Origin: Octopus bimaculoides
Lineage: Eukaryota
Length of the DNA stretch: 64,000 nt
Direction: 5' to 3'
Assembly (NCBI RefSeq): GCF_001194135.2
Contig: NC_068986.1
Coordinates: forward strand, 30,997,785 to 31,061,784
Part shown: positions 26,995-39,595 of the stretch, one piece after another
Layout: every line of letters starts with the position of its first letter
Position numbering within the stretch: the first letter of the stretch is position 1
The notes under the pieces: generated by a model
The model's input: only the letters and a program-made list of their open reading frames with translations
Told to the model about the DNA's origin: nothing
The model's database searches: none
Translations under genes and position numbers: made by a program

Positions 26995-29246
26995 TGTTAC
27001 ATGCAAATAAAATATGTAATTTGCATTTTCTCTCTCTCTCTCTCTCAAAGCCTTTAAATGTAATACTTTCTCATTAGATCTCCTCAAACATCTAGAATAT
27101 TAAGTTGAAAGAGAACAGTAGAGTACAGAGCTATTTTAAGAGTGGGAGTGAAAGTGAGAGGTAGTGAGGTATGTGTGTGTGTGTGTGCATTCGAGATTAT
27201 TGATTTTAATTTATCACTGTTAACTACTAGAAAATTTACATTCAAATGAATTTGATTTATTGAATGCTAAATTCTCAGAACTAAAACTACTCTTAAAATG
27301 AGATGTGATAGAACAAATATTTTTAAATTAAATAAATTCCAAGTTTTAACTGCAGATTTTTCTTCTTTTTTCCTTTTGGTTGTGTCAACATATTTAGTTA
27401 CACTTATTAATAGTATTGTAGTTGTTTGAATAGAGTATTCTAATATTACTTCTAGCTTTTCAAAGAGAAGTTTGATGTTAAAATTAGTTACAGTGAATTA
27501 AATGGCTGTTCTTTAAAAAAAAAGCCTTGAGCGAACATCTCAATTGGTTCAATAAACAAGGTGTTAGTAACAGAAATTTCACATCAATACAAACTATGAC
27601 CAATAAAACTATACTAGATACTCATTTAGGAAACTGGAATATATTTTGGAAGAACAAGAAATAAACAAAAAAGCAAAGGAAAAGAAAAGAAAGCAATACA
27701 AAACTTACAAGTTGACTTGATATCAATTAGTAACTGAGGAACTACTTCCCCCACCCACCCTATTCTATTTCTTTGATTCTCTTTTCTTCAGAAACACACA
27801 GCACAATCACTAGAATAAAACTGCTAACAATCTCTGGAGAGAAACAACAAATGAACTATTTTTGTATTTTCCAGGAATTTCTATGAGAGGCACTAACTAC
27901 ACTGGCGTATTAAAAGCACTTGGTCATTGACCATTAAAGAAACAAACAAGCAGAATGGCCGTCAGGTAGTCTAAATAATTATTAATAGTTAGTATATGAA
28001 CTACTTTTTTTAAAACTAATCGCTTTAATAGTTTGTTCTGTTCTTTTAAGCAATATTTTATTGAATTTTCTTTTCATTGTCTACTTACATAACCTTATAT
28101 AGATGAGAAGCTGCAAAGTAATTTTGCTTTTCACATTCAATTCAAATGCAACCACATCCCTATTCAACATATTCCTATAACCTATTTTAAATTACCTCTT
28201 TTTTCTATAACCAGTGAATATTGTATAATAAAGCAGGTTCATTCTCAATAGCAACTTCAATTTAAAACTTCTTCAATTCAAAAAGCCACTGATCTTCAGT
28301 TGACATTTAGTTAGTTGCTATCTTAGGCATAGCATCAACATATTTGTCATACCTTTTACCATCTAAGCATTTGTTGGAGTATTGATTTTTTTTTCCCTCG
28401 TTCAGTATGAAAAATAGCTCTATAATAAAAATAAGAGCTATATTCTGAAAGTCATTTCTTATTCCACTACCCCCGTACGCAGACGCACTCAGAGAAGACT
28501 ACTGAGCTTCGAAGGATAGACTCTAAATGCTAATAGCATGACAAACATACCTAGTCACATAACACGGATGGTGCTACAAAGCAGATCTAGCTATTAAAAT
28601 TCCTGTTTCAATCAAATATGCTCAGCATAGCAAAATGAATACAGAAAGATGAATGTTGTTGAAATGATAAAAATCAATACATATAACCATTCCAGCTGTG
28701 TGTACATGACTAGCACATCATTTGACAGTACTGCATACAAGATAAGGAAGGCATCAGTCATTCAAAAGATAGAACAATGTGAAGGAAAGGAGTCGGTTGC
28801 GCAAAGAAAGCGGACATAGAAACAACAATGGCTATAATGAAAGAAAACATTTTTCTTTGCTTTAACGAGCTCTACAATATGTTAGAAGATGAAAAATATT
28901 TGCAACATATACACAATCATTTCCTAAATGGTATTGTGTTTATTTATTAGTTATTTAATACATGTTCCCTCACTACTTTTGGCTGGATGAATCTGTAAAT
29001 GATTCTGAAAAATGTTATTTGCATGAATACTTGAGCAAATGTAACTACTCAATTATGGAATAGCAGTATTAGTAATTCTTCAACTAAGTGGGCTGAAGAA
29101 AATCAAATAACACGCCTTACCTAAAGTCATGATCTAATACCTATACAATAAGAGTGAGTTGAAAACATGTGGGTCAGTTGTCCAGCACCATAATCACACA
29201 GACAGCACCTCTACTTCCCATTCCTTGATATTACATATTCTGAACA

Positions 29247-29458
29247 TTAACTCTTTTGTTACCACATTTCTGATGAAATACACTGCCTTTGTTTCAATTA
29301 ATTTTGTAATAACGAAGAACCTAATGAAACAACTGTCATTGTCAAGCCAATGTCTGGAATATAAATTGACATGAAATTTTGATGGAAGGTTTAATTTAGA
29401 TCACTTTAAAACAGGAAGTTTGTATCATAGCACCAGGGAAGGTCTCAGGCAGGGTTAA
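29247..29458. mobile_element. TTAA-flanked piggyBac-like MITE
   Basis: TTAA-CTCTTTTGTTACC at 29247 and AGGG-TTAA at 29451-29458. The first ~75 bp align with 8210-8290. Confidence 0.7.
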
Positions 29459-29990
29459 TGCTATTTAAATATAATGATGATAATTTAATTAATAAGTTCT
29501 GAGGTCGTAACTCTGTCAAGGATTGAAGGCTTTGGAATAACTTCTTTGAAATGTTTTTTATGGCTTAGGCAGAAGAGACATGGCAGTAGCACTCATGAAC
29601 TTTTACAGAGTCACTTTATATATATNNNNNNNNNNNNNNNNNNNNNNNNNNNNNNNNNNNNNNNNNNNNNNNNNNNNNNNNNNNNNNNNNNNNNNNNNNN
29701 NNNNNNNNNNNNNNNNNNNNNNNNNNNNNNNNNNNNNNNNNNNNNNNNNNNNNNNNNNNNNNNNNNNNNNNNNNNNNNNNNNNNNNNNNNNNNNNNNNNN
29801 NNNNNNNNNNNNNNNNNNNNNNNNNNNNNNNNNNNNNNNNNNNNNNNNNNNNNNNNNNNNNNNNNNNNNNNNNNNNNNNNNNNNNNNNNNNNNNNNNNNN
29901 NNNNNNNNNNNNNNNNNNNNNNNNNNNNNNNNNNNNNNNNNNNNNNNNNNNNNNNNNNNNNNNNNNNNNNNNNNNNNNNNNNNNNNNNNN

Positions 29991-30036
<46 letters not shown>

Positions 30037-30048
30037 TATGTATATATA

Positions 30049-30089
<41 letters not shown>

Positions 30090-30194
30090 AGAGAGAGAGA
30101 AGATGGAGGAGGTTATAATTGAAAGTTTGCCATAGAATGGTCTCTACAAGAGGCATCATTGATCAGAGAGCAATGATATAAGCTTATAAGTCTA

Positions 30195-30355
30195 TCTGAA
30201 AGTTTTCCACTCAGATTTTGTCACCCGAATTTCATTCACAGAGCATTGTCAAGTCAACCTGAGGCTCAGGTAAAAACACTGATCAAGCTACCACAAAGAA
30301 GAACAAACCTGAAACTATGGAGTTGTAAAGCAACTTCTTAACCAAGCAATTATAT
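30195..30355 (-). mobile_element. Diverged family A SINE head
   Basis: Reverse complement of the head: 'aatttcattcacagagcattg…ctgaggct…acctgaaactatg…caacttcttaacca'. Confidence 0.55.
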
Positions 30356-30420
30356 CTGGAATTTACATGAAGAAATATCAGTACCTACTAGATAAAAGTT
30401 AATTCTTTCCCAAACCACAA

Positions 30421-30790
30421 CAGGTATGGCGGTGTTGTTAAGTTCGCTTCCCAACCATGTAGTTTCAGTTTCAGTCCCACTGCATGGTACCTTGGGCAAG
30501 TGTTTTCTACTATAGCCCTGGGCCAACCAAAACCCTGTGAGTGAATTTGATAGATAGAAACTGAAGGAAGCCCAACACATGTGTGTATCCTTGTCATTAT
30601 ATGATAGTTGTAAATAAGCATCAACATCATCATCACCCTAGCTTGAAAAAGAATGACCAGCCATGCGGAAATACTACCTTGCTTGGAAACGTGATGGTTG
30701 GCAACAGGAAAGGCATCTTGACTATAGAAAAATCTGCCAGAACAAATTTCATCTGGCTCATCCAGGCATGGATAAGTGGACATACTAGAA
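30421..30790 (+). mobile_element. Family A head SINE with RTE-type tail
   Basis: Head 'cccaaccatg…cagtcccactgcatggtaccttgggcaagtg'; tail 'ggttggcaacaggaaaggcatc…catggataagtggac'. Confidence 0.8.
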
Positions 30791-31020
30791 TATTGCAGGT
30801 CATTTTTCACTGGTAGATGTTGTGCCACCTATTTTCAATAGCGACATGAATGCAAGTACTACGGAATAAATAGTCTTCTGACAAGAGGCACAAGAAAATA
30901 CCCTAATTTAAAACCCACATGCAGTCAGTATGAAAGCTTATAATTATAATGATAATATACATACATATAATTTATAATTACATTTTCACAAAACATACAA
31001 CTGCTGCTGCTAGCAGTAGC

Positions 31021-31059
<39 letters not shown>

Positions 31060-31062
<3 letters not shown>

Positions 31063-31500
31063 TTCTAATTTTGGTTCAAATTTTGAGGAGAGAGGATTAA
31101 TTGATGCCATTAATCCCAGTACTTGACTGGCACCTTATTTTATCAACCTCAGAGGGACGAAAGATAAAGTTGAATGATTCTGCTAAACTAAATGATGATG
31201 ATAACTTATGTAGGTACAAGGCCAAAAATTGGTTGGAGGGATCAGTCAATAATATCAAAAAGAGTACCATCCTGTGTTCTGCAAGAATCCTAAGAAAAAT
31301 TCTTGAGATTTGAGGAGACTTGTCACCAAACCACAAGATAAAATACCTGCTAACTAAATTAGCGTGCAATAGTAGCAGTAGTAATAATCACTTCTATTAT
31401 ATGCACGAGGCCTGAAATTTGGGGGAGGAAGATAGTTGATTACATCAACCTCAGTACAGGACTGGTGCATACTTTATGAAATTTGGAACTACAAAAGTGA
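31060..31500 (-). mobile_element. Cluster of partial family C SINEs
   Basis: 'cccagtacttgactggcaccttattttatcaacctcagaggg…aaagttga' and 'aggcctgaaatttgggggagg…gattacatcaacc'; flanked by (GTA)n (~31005-31060) and (AAT)n (~31520-31548). Confidence 0.65.
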
Positions 31501-32319
31501 AAAGTTGGTTCAGACAGACAATAATAATAATAATAATAATAATAATAATTTTCATTTTCAAGCATATATTTGTCACTTATGACTAATTTAGACTCTATAG
31601 AATTTTGAAATTCATTTTAAATTGCAGAAAGTCAAATTTTATACTCCAGTTTATTTATATGTAATTTATACATGCAATTACTTGGCTTGAATCAAAACAC
31701 TTTGAGACATTTTTAGCTAATAAACCTATTCAAAAACTGAAAGCAGTACAGTATTTGTACACCATGAGTTGTATACAAAAACACTGATTCATTGATCTTT
31801 TTTTTTTATATATACTTCCTCAAAGCTGATGATGATGGTTATTATTATTATTATTATTAGGATATCCTGTGAAATCAATAATTCTAACTAACAATATTAA
31901 AGCATAAATTTATTCCAATACTAACTCTATAGTGCTGCAAAAACAAAATAATATGTATAAACAAAAAATTTAAAAAATAATAATAATAATAATAAATGGA
32001 GGTCATGTGAAAAGAAAGTATTTATGGATGAAAGCATTCCACCAAATTGAAATAGTCTTCAGTAACACTCAGCTACTGCCATCAGCCAAAGAATAAAATA
32101 TACATAGAAATGAAGACAAAATATCTGTTGTTTGTTTGTTTTTACTTTTAATCCAAACCAAGATATATGTAGAGGTTCGTTCAAGCCCAAATCAATTCCA
32201 ATATCTTAGAATATATTTTTACACTAAACCATGTTTTTTGAAAGAATGTTTCAATTTTTAGGTAATGTTTTTTTCATTCAAGTTTTATTAAAATTTTCTG
32301 CGCCGTACTTTATTTTTAA

Positions 32320-32354
<35 letters not shown>

Positions 32355-35300
32355 TATGTGCTTAATTTCAAGAGAGTCTTAATTTAGGACAATGTTTGAT
32401 GCAGCCAAGTCTATTTAGTGTACAAAAGGATTTTGATGATGAAAATTGTTTTTAAAAAATGACTTTTTTAAACTTAACTAGAGATAGCCAGCTGCAAAGT
32501 GCTGACAATTTCCACCGACTATTTCCAAAACAATAAACACACTGTAGAGGGGGTAAATGAGAGTGGTGCAGCTCTGGTTAATCAGAAACAAGCAATTTGT
32601 TTTACTCAACACTTTCTTACATAGGTAAGTTTTTATCTTCATAAAAAGGGGAGAAAAAAAGAAAGATTATGTGACATTCATCTGTGCCTCACTACATTTC
32701 TACAGTGTAAGAAGAATGTTGCAATGTGTTAATGTATGTCAACAGTATGAAAAATGTGAAGGCTAAAGTGTAAAGAACATGTCAAGCAAAAGCAATGAAG
32801 AGAGAATAATTAGGTCGATGTCTAATGCAATAAACGAATATTTATTCGTCTCAGAAAGCTAAAGAAAAAGCAAAAAAAAACAACCTATAATAGCTATCAA
32901 TTGTAACTTAACTGAAGAATCAATTGACTGCTTGCGGAATTTTATAGCTAGGAAAATAGCTTCTAGTATCCATTTTAAAACTGGGGTATTAAATTTCTCA
33001 TTAATCACTAAGTACAACAGGCCTTTAGGCCAAAGATTCAAACTTGACTTTAGATAAGTTTATTTATTTATATTTATTTATTTATTGTACCTTCAAGCAT
33101 ATTATTGAGTCTACCTAGAAAATGGTCGAATTCTCAGTAAATTAAATAGGTTGATGCTAGGAAAGTCATCCGACCATAAAGTAATCCCTACGATAACTTA
33201 TTTATTCAATCCATACAGCAGAGTAGAATATAAACAAACGAACAAAATAGGAGCAAATGACAGATCAATTAAATATATATTTTCCTTTTGAAGTAAATAA
33301 CAAAACAAAGACGACTTAAACGGCTACAAAAACAGGAAATAGACAATGCTCAAAATGGTAGAGGAAAAGATGAAAAGTAAGCTGAAGTAAACTTGACATG
33401 TATAGCAAACTTTTATGGCTCACTTACACATGATGTGAAAACTTGGAGTATCAGAGCTATCAAAGCAGAGAAGCTAAACCACAAGATCAATGATGATCAT
33501 TCATAAACATTTTCCAAATGTAATGAGTAGCATTAAACATAGTATTAATTCCTGATTTTCTTTGATGTCAATACAGATCTCATTATCAGATCTTCATCCA
33601 GAAAACAAGATAGATGAATAAAATAAATAGCAGCAAAAATAAACAGACTATTTATTGTGGAAAACAACAAAAATATTGGTGGAATGCAACGATAAATAAA
33701 CATCTGAAATTCATTCTCGGTAAGAAAAAAAGGTACTATTAGTAAGTAAACCTAGATAAAATATATAACCGGTTGTGGTGGTGGCGATGGGGGTGGTAGG
33801 GCTGTTGATGAGTCATGTCAGTAACAGTAATCTTATTAGCTGTTACAGAAGCTTCAACGTCTGCGTAAGTACCCCAGCACTTACTAGAAAGGCAAATCCT
33901 CGTAAAACTTAATGTGCTGGGGCCACGTGACTAGAGTCTACTTCCTAGAACAATTATGCTCAGTTGAAAAGAGTTATCTTCCAACAGCAAGAAACCAAGA
34001 AAGAAAAATGACAAACTATGGTTGATAAATTGTTCAGTCATTTCTCTGTCTGTCTGCCTGTCTGTCTGTCTCTCTTTTATCTCAACCAAATATCTTTGAT
34101 AAATGGACTAAAATATTTATTCTATCCTGAACATCTAAATATTTAATTTAAAACTTTAATGGATGAATATCTGTTTTTCAACATTCAATAATACCCTCTT
34201 TATTTTGATGACGGCTAAGCCAACTCATATTATTCTCAGTTAACATTATTTATCTACACTAACTCAACAAACTTAGTGGAATTGGTTAACAGAATTAAGG
34301 CAATTAACCAAACATGCAAAACTGAAAGGAAATTAAATATAAGATTTGTGTTGTCATTATCAGGGCTGATCTGGGCAAGTAGCTTGCTTAACACAAAGGC
34401 TGTGTGTCTCTTTGAAATATACATATACACACAGCTAGCATCAGTGAATGCATACTTAAATTAAAGCAATAAAATGGAATTGAAATTGTTAACAGAGAAA
34501 TTTTTAAAGATTTTTACTGAGGGGTACAGCACAATGACAACTGGTGGTAGTGGAACACAAGCAGGAGTTGAACACAGGTAGCAAGGGCCAGTTCACAACT
34601 CAAACTTCTGTTGGCAAACATGATAGCTAAATCTCCTTCCTAGCTAGGATTTTGGTCTATTGCAGGTAACTTTTTTCACAGAAAGAACTGAACTCAGTAT
34701 TGCAAGCCAACAGACTAACTATGAGTACTTTCCTATTATCAAAAGCCAATTTCATATATACTAAAGGATTTGAAAATAAACTTTTACACTCATGAGGTAG
34801 GTGTAATAGTTGATTGGCAGACTTTTGGAACAGCTATTACTACCTTATAGAGAAGGAAAAGGGCAAAGAATCAAATCAAATCTAATCCTTTAGTAAATAA
34901 GAAATCAACCGACAATAATAGGAAAGTATCCTACATACAATACTAGTGTTTGCAGTGGTGAATTGTACCAATAGGGATACTTATTTAGAGGTAGGTATTA
35001 ATAGACAAGTGACTTGGCCATGGTCACATCCTGTCAGCATGAGTGACAGAATGCAAACTTCTGACCTCTCATTTAGTCACCCAGTACCCTACTGACAAGT
35101 TCTGGTGTCAAGAAATACTTGAAGCTAAAAAATTGACATAATTTCAATTTAGATATTCTGTTAAAACTATATTATATTAAATCTATTCTTTTAAACAACT
35201 CTAAAAGCATCAAAGTTTTGCATTCTCAGAATGATAAAAAAAAAAAAACAAGAGCTTGTGTTCACAAGTAGCCTTTGGTTAGGAATAGTTGTCTGAAAGG

Positions 35301-35546
35301 ACATAGACTGCTGTTAGTGCAGCTGCAATTAAACCAGGGTCCTGTATTGTTTGCATGACTATTTCTTAAACTGGCTACATTTGAAGATGTTATTGTATGT
35401 GCAAAATTATGTGTGGTAGAGTATGAAATTTTGATCGTGTTTCTATTAAATTTGTAGTGTTGGGGGAAATGCTAATCTACGGTCCTAAAGAATGCTTTAG
35501 CTATTGGAGATTGAAAAGTAGGTTATGTTTTTTGAAGTAACTGGAG

Positions 35547-35590
<44 letters not shown>

Positions 35591-36689
35591 ATTTTCTCTC
35601 TTGAACTGCTTTTCAAGAGTGCTTCATTGTAGTGGCAGGTTGATCCTTTAAAGACCTTTTCATTTAAAAAATAATGATGCTAATCTTTGGGAAATATTTT
35701 AAACCAGGTTGTTGTTTTTTTTTTGTTTTTTTTTTTTAATTTATGGGTAGTTTAAAACACACCTATTTCTTCAAACAAATACAGAAATCAAAAGATATCA
35801 GTTAACTGGCATAGATCATCATTCAGTCTTTTTAAGTTTCCACACTAATACTTGAACATTCTTTTAGGCTCCTAGATATGAACACTTCCTGATATATCAC
35901 ATATATTACAAAATGTTCAACAGAAACCTGGTCAAAATGTCAGTCCACCATACAATCTTGTACAAAGAATAGACTCTTCAAATGTAGTCAAATTGAATAA
36001 ATATTCTAAGCATGTCTATCTGTTGTTAGTGAATAGTACAACCTACTCACAGTGAAATGTGAAATACATTATAAGCATTTACTTTTGAGTATGTTTCTAT
36101 CGTCTGCCTGCATAACTGTACAACATACATTGTTTGCTGCTAGTTAAAAGCAAAAGCATATCTATTGTAAACAACGTAATCCTATAAATTTCTTGTAAAT
36201 TGTCTTAAGTAAAGCAAAGGAAAAAAATTTCCATTAAACAATTTAGCAATCTTCTAAAAATAAGATAGAAACTAATGTTGTTTGTATCACCTTTAAATAG
36301 CAATATGTGAGAAGTAAATATTTTCATAAATAATTTATATGAAACCTCAAGTGAACTAAATGATCAATGTAAGCACACACACATAAACAATAACAATATC
36401 AATAATAATAATTTCAACACTAGACATTTCAATTACTTAATTATAAGCATTCTTCACCATTACTGTATCATTATAAAAATTAACCAAATCATTGTTAGCT
36501 TCACTTTAAAAGATAATTTTAAACTACAGACCATACTATATATTGATTATAACATTGGAATTAATTCAGTTCAATCTACATGATTAACATATTTTATAAA
36601 ATAAGTATGCTATCAGGAAAGATGAAATCTAAAATTTGATGGGAGTTTTGCTTTCAGTGCTGCCTCAATGAGTAGAACTCACTTCTTCC

Positions 36690-36860
36690 CACAACATTCT
36701 AAGTTCAAATTCTGCCAGGATCGACTTTACCTTTCATCCTTTCAGGGTTGATAAAATAAAGTACCAGTCAAATACTGAGGTTGATGTAATTGATTATCCT
36801 CCCTCCCTTAAAATTTCAGGCCTTGTGCCTACAGTAGAAAAGTTTATTATTATCATCATT
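36690..36860 (+). mobile_element. Family C SINE with (ATT)n tail
   Basis: 'ttctaagttcaaattctgcc…gactttacctttcatcctttcagggttgataaaata…ggccttgtgcc…ttattattatcatc'. Confidence 0.8.
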
Positions 36861-37399
36861 TTCCTTTTAATCTGCACATCTGATGCAATCAATCACTTGC
36901 CAGGTTACATCCAGTGCCCTTGACAAGTGAAGATAGAGAGATGTTTAGATATAACTGAAAGTTTGGGGAAGGAAAGTGCAGAGGGCAGTACAAAAATACA
37001 GTCATATAATAATACAACACAAGAGAAACATTCAAGTTGATAGGGTTTTTCTAAGGATGTGGATGGCACTTATCAACACAATCTTTTGCATTTTTGTGAG
37101 ATATGGTTCTCCTGGGATGTTGTCTAGATGTTTCTGGTATCTCTTTTTTATCATATCAAACCTACAATAATAGGGACATTTTTTGCTTTAAGATACCACA
37201 TCTTTTATATTTCAATTTTCAGGTCCTTGTATTTACTAAGCTTTTCAAATTTCTTGAGAAACATATTCTTATCAGTGGGGACATTTACATCTATCAGTTT
37301 ACAAGTATTTTCTTCCTTTTCTTTAATAATCATATCTGGTTAATTAGCCTGGATTGTTTTTTCAGTGTTGAATGGAAAATGCCAAAGGGTTGTGACTTG

Positions 37400-37401
<2 letters not shown>
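36861..37401 (-). mobile_element. 5'-truncated R4/Dong-like LINE (REL endonuclease C-terminus + 3' UTR)
   Basis: The minus strand translates QAN*PDMIIKEKEENTCKLIDVNVPTDKNMFLKKFEKLSKYKDLKIEI*KMWYLKAKNVPIIVG…HLDNIPG…HILRKTLST* (stop ~37032), a PD-(D/E)xK REL pattern. (TAA)n repeats lie on both sides. Confidence 0.85.
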
Positions 37402-37433
<32 letters not shown>

Positions 37434-37435
<2 letters not shown>

Positions 37436-38215
37436 GACAGTGAGCTAGTAGAATCAATGTGTTAGACAAAATGCTTAGTGGTATTTTTTCTAGCTCTATA
37501 TTCAAATCATGCTGAGGTTGGCTTTGCTTTTCATCTTTACAGAGTTGATAAAGTAAACACCTGTTGAGCACTAGGATCGATGGAATTGATTATACTCCTC
37601 TCTTTAAAAACTGCTGGCCTTATACGAAATTGGAAAACATTATTATGTTAATTATGTAGATTCATAAGGTGGCAAGCTGGTAGAATCAATAGCACATCAG
37701 ATAAAATGCTTAGCAGCATTTCTTCTGTCTATTTAATTTCTAGGTTCAAATTCCATCAAGGCCAAACAACTTTGTCTTTCATCCTTTCACGGTTGATAAA
37801 ATCACAAGTATTGGGAGTGAGGAGGGGATGTAACTGATTTTTCACTGGCCTCTTCACATTTTGAGTTCAAATGCTGCCGGGGTCAACTTTGCCTTTCATT
37901 CTTTCGGGATCAAAAAATTAAGTACCAGTTGAGCACTGGAGTCGATGTAATCAACTAGTCCCCTTCTCCCAAATTTTAGGCCTAGTGCCTTTAGTAGAAA
38001 GGATTATTATGATGATTAAAGGCAATAAGCTGGCAGAATTATTAAAACGCTGGACAAAATGTTTACATTCTGAGTTTTATTTCTATCGAGATCAACTTTG
38101 CCTTCTATCCTCTTGGGGAATAAAAAAAGTAAATAGCAGTGAAGTTCTGGGGGTGTAACCAACTTGTCCCCACCCCTCAAAATTGCTAGCTTTGTGCCAA
38201 AATTAGAAAGAATTC
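37434..38215 (+). mobile_element. Tandem array of ~4 family C SINEs
   Basis: Heads 'aagg(t/c)ggc(a/g)agctggcagaat' at ~37434, 37665 and 38008; cores 'caactttgcctttcat…gataaa…aagtaccag' repeated; ATT-rich spacers. Confidence 0.8.
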
Positions 38216-39099
38216 TTATCTTATTTTATTTTATTTTTGCCAAAGGAACTCATCACTAATTTCTTCAGTGTCAAGCTTTTTTTGTTTTTGTTTTTTTTTT
38301 CTTCTTTTCACTATAAAATGAACACTTTGAAAACTATAAATAAAATAAAATTATACAAAAACAAGAAGTAAAAAAAGAAGCAGATTGCAGATATCACTAC
38401 AGGAAGCAATAAAGAGAAATGTGTTTATATTAGCAGATTTATTTTGCACTCATCTGACTAAATGCTACCATTCATTATGGTGTGATAGACAATTTCTTTT
38501 TATTTCAATACCTGCAGTGATCATCAATAAATCAAAAGGGCAATTATGTATTTTATCTTATTTTATTTTATTTTGCAGTTTGTGAACAAAAGCTAGATTG
38601 TTTTTGCTAGAGTCAGTATTAGAGATGGGCAACTTTGCGTGGTACTTAAGTTCAATCATCATAATGCAATTTCATTCATTTTTAGTTAATTTTTCTACAG
38701 TTTATAAGTTGGGTGGGTGGTAATGAATATAATGAGTAATGAGTAATCACTGCAGTCACTCTATAATTGCATCAAACATAGAACAACAACAATGGAAACT
38801 TTCTCCCAGTTTGGCTCTTAGGTTGTTTTGTATCCTCTTTTTACTCATGCTTTTTCCACACTGATATGAACTGGACAAGACTATACGAGGCAGTGTTCCA
38901 CAGTTAGATACCTTTCCTGGTGCCAATGCTTACTTGTTTATCGACCAAGATATTCTATTCCACATTTTTGCATGCTGAATTGCTACAAGATATTTTTATG
39001 GAAGACATAAATGGCACCAATGCAAAATTGACATCAATAAAAATACACAGATACAACAACCCTCACACCTACATATGAATATACATATCAGTAATATTT

Positions 39100-39425
39100 A
39101 ACATCCACTTTTCCATGTTTGCATGGGTCAGATGGAATTTGTTGAGGAAAATTTTCTACAGACAAAAGCCCTTCCTGTCACCAGGCCCTCAACTTTTCCC
39201 CATAACCAGACATGTTTTTCATGGGAGACAGGAAACAAACATCATTTGTATGATGGTGATGCTTGTTTACAACCAACACAGGATGTCAAGACAAAGACAC
39301 ACACACACACACACACACACACCCATTCAACAGGCTTCCTTCAGTTTCTGAGTTTTCATCAACAAAATCCATTCACATCGCTTTGGTCAGCCTGGGCTAT
39401 AGAAAACACTTGCCCAAGATGTTGT

Positions 39426-39463
<38 letters not shown>

Positions 39464-39595
39464 GCTTCTGTACAGTTTCTCTCTTCTAAATTTCAATCTC
39501 AAATTAGTGGTTAGCCTGAAGCTATATTGGAATTGAAACCTAAAACCAGGTGGCTGCAAAGTGACTTCTTAACCAAACAGTTAAACCCATGCCTA
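39100..39595 (-). mobile_element. Family A SINE with RTE-type tail and duplicated head fragment
   Basis: Tail 'atccacttttccatg…cccttcctgtcacc'; head 'ggctatagaaaacacttgcccaag'; two (CA)n tracts. A further head fragment lies at ~40325-40500(-). Confidence 0.7.

Noticed and set aside
28480-28880. GC-richer patch possibly from an old RTE LINE
   Set aside because: Motif similarity is too weak to support a call.
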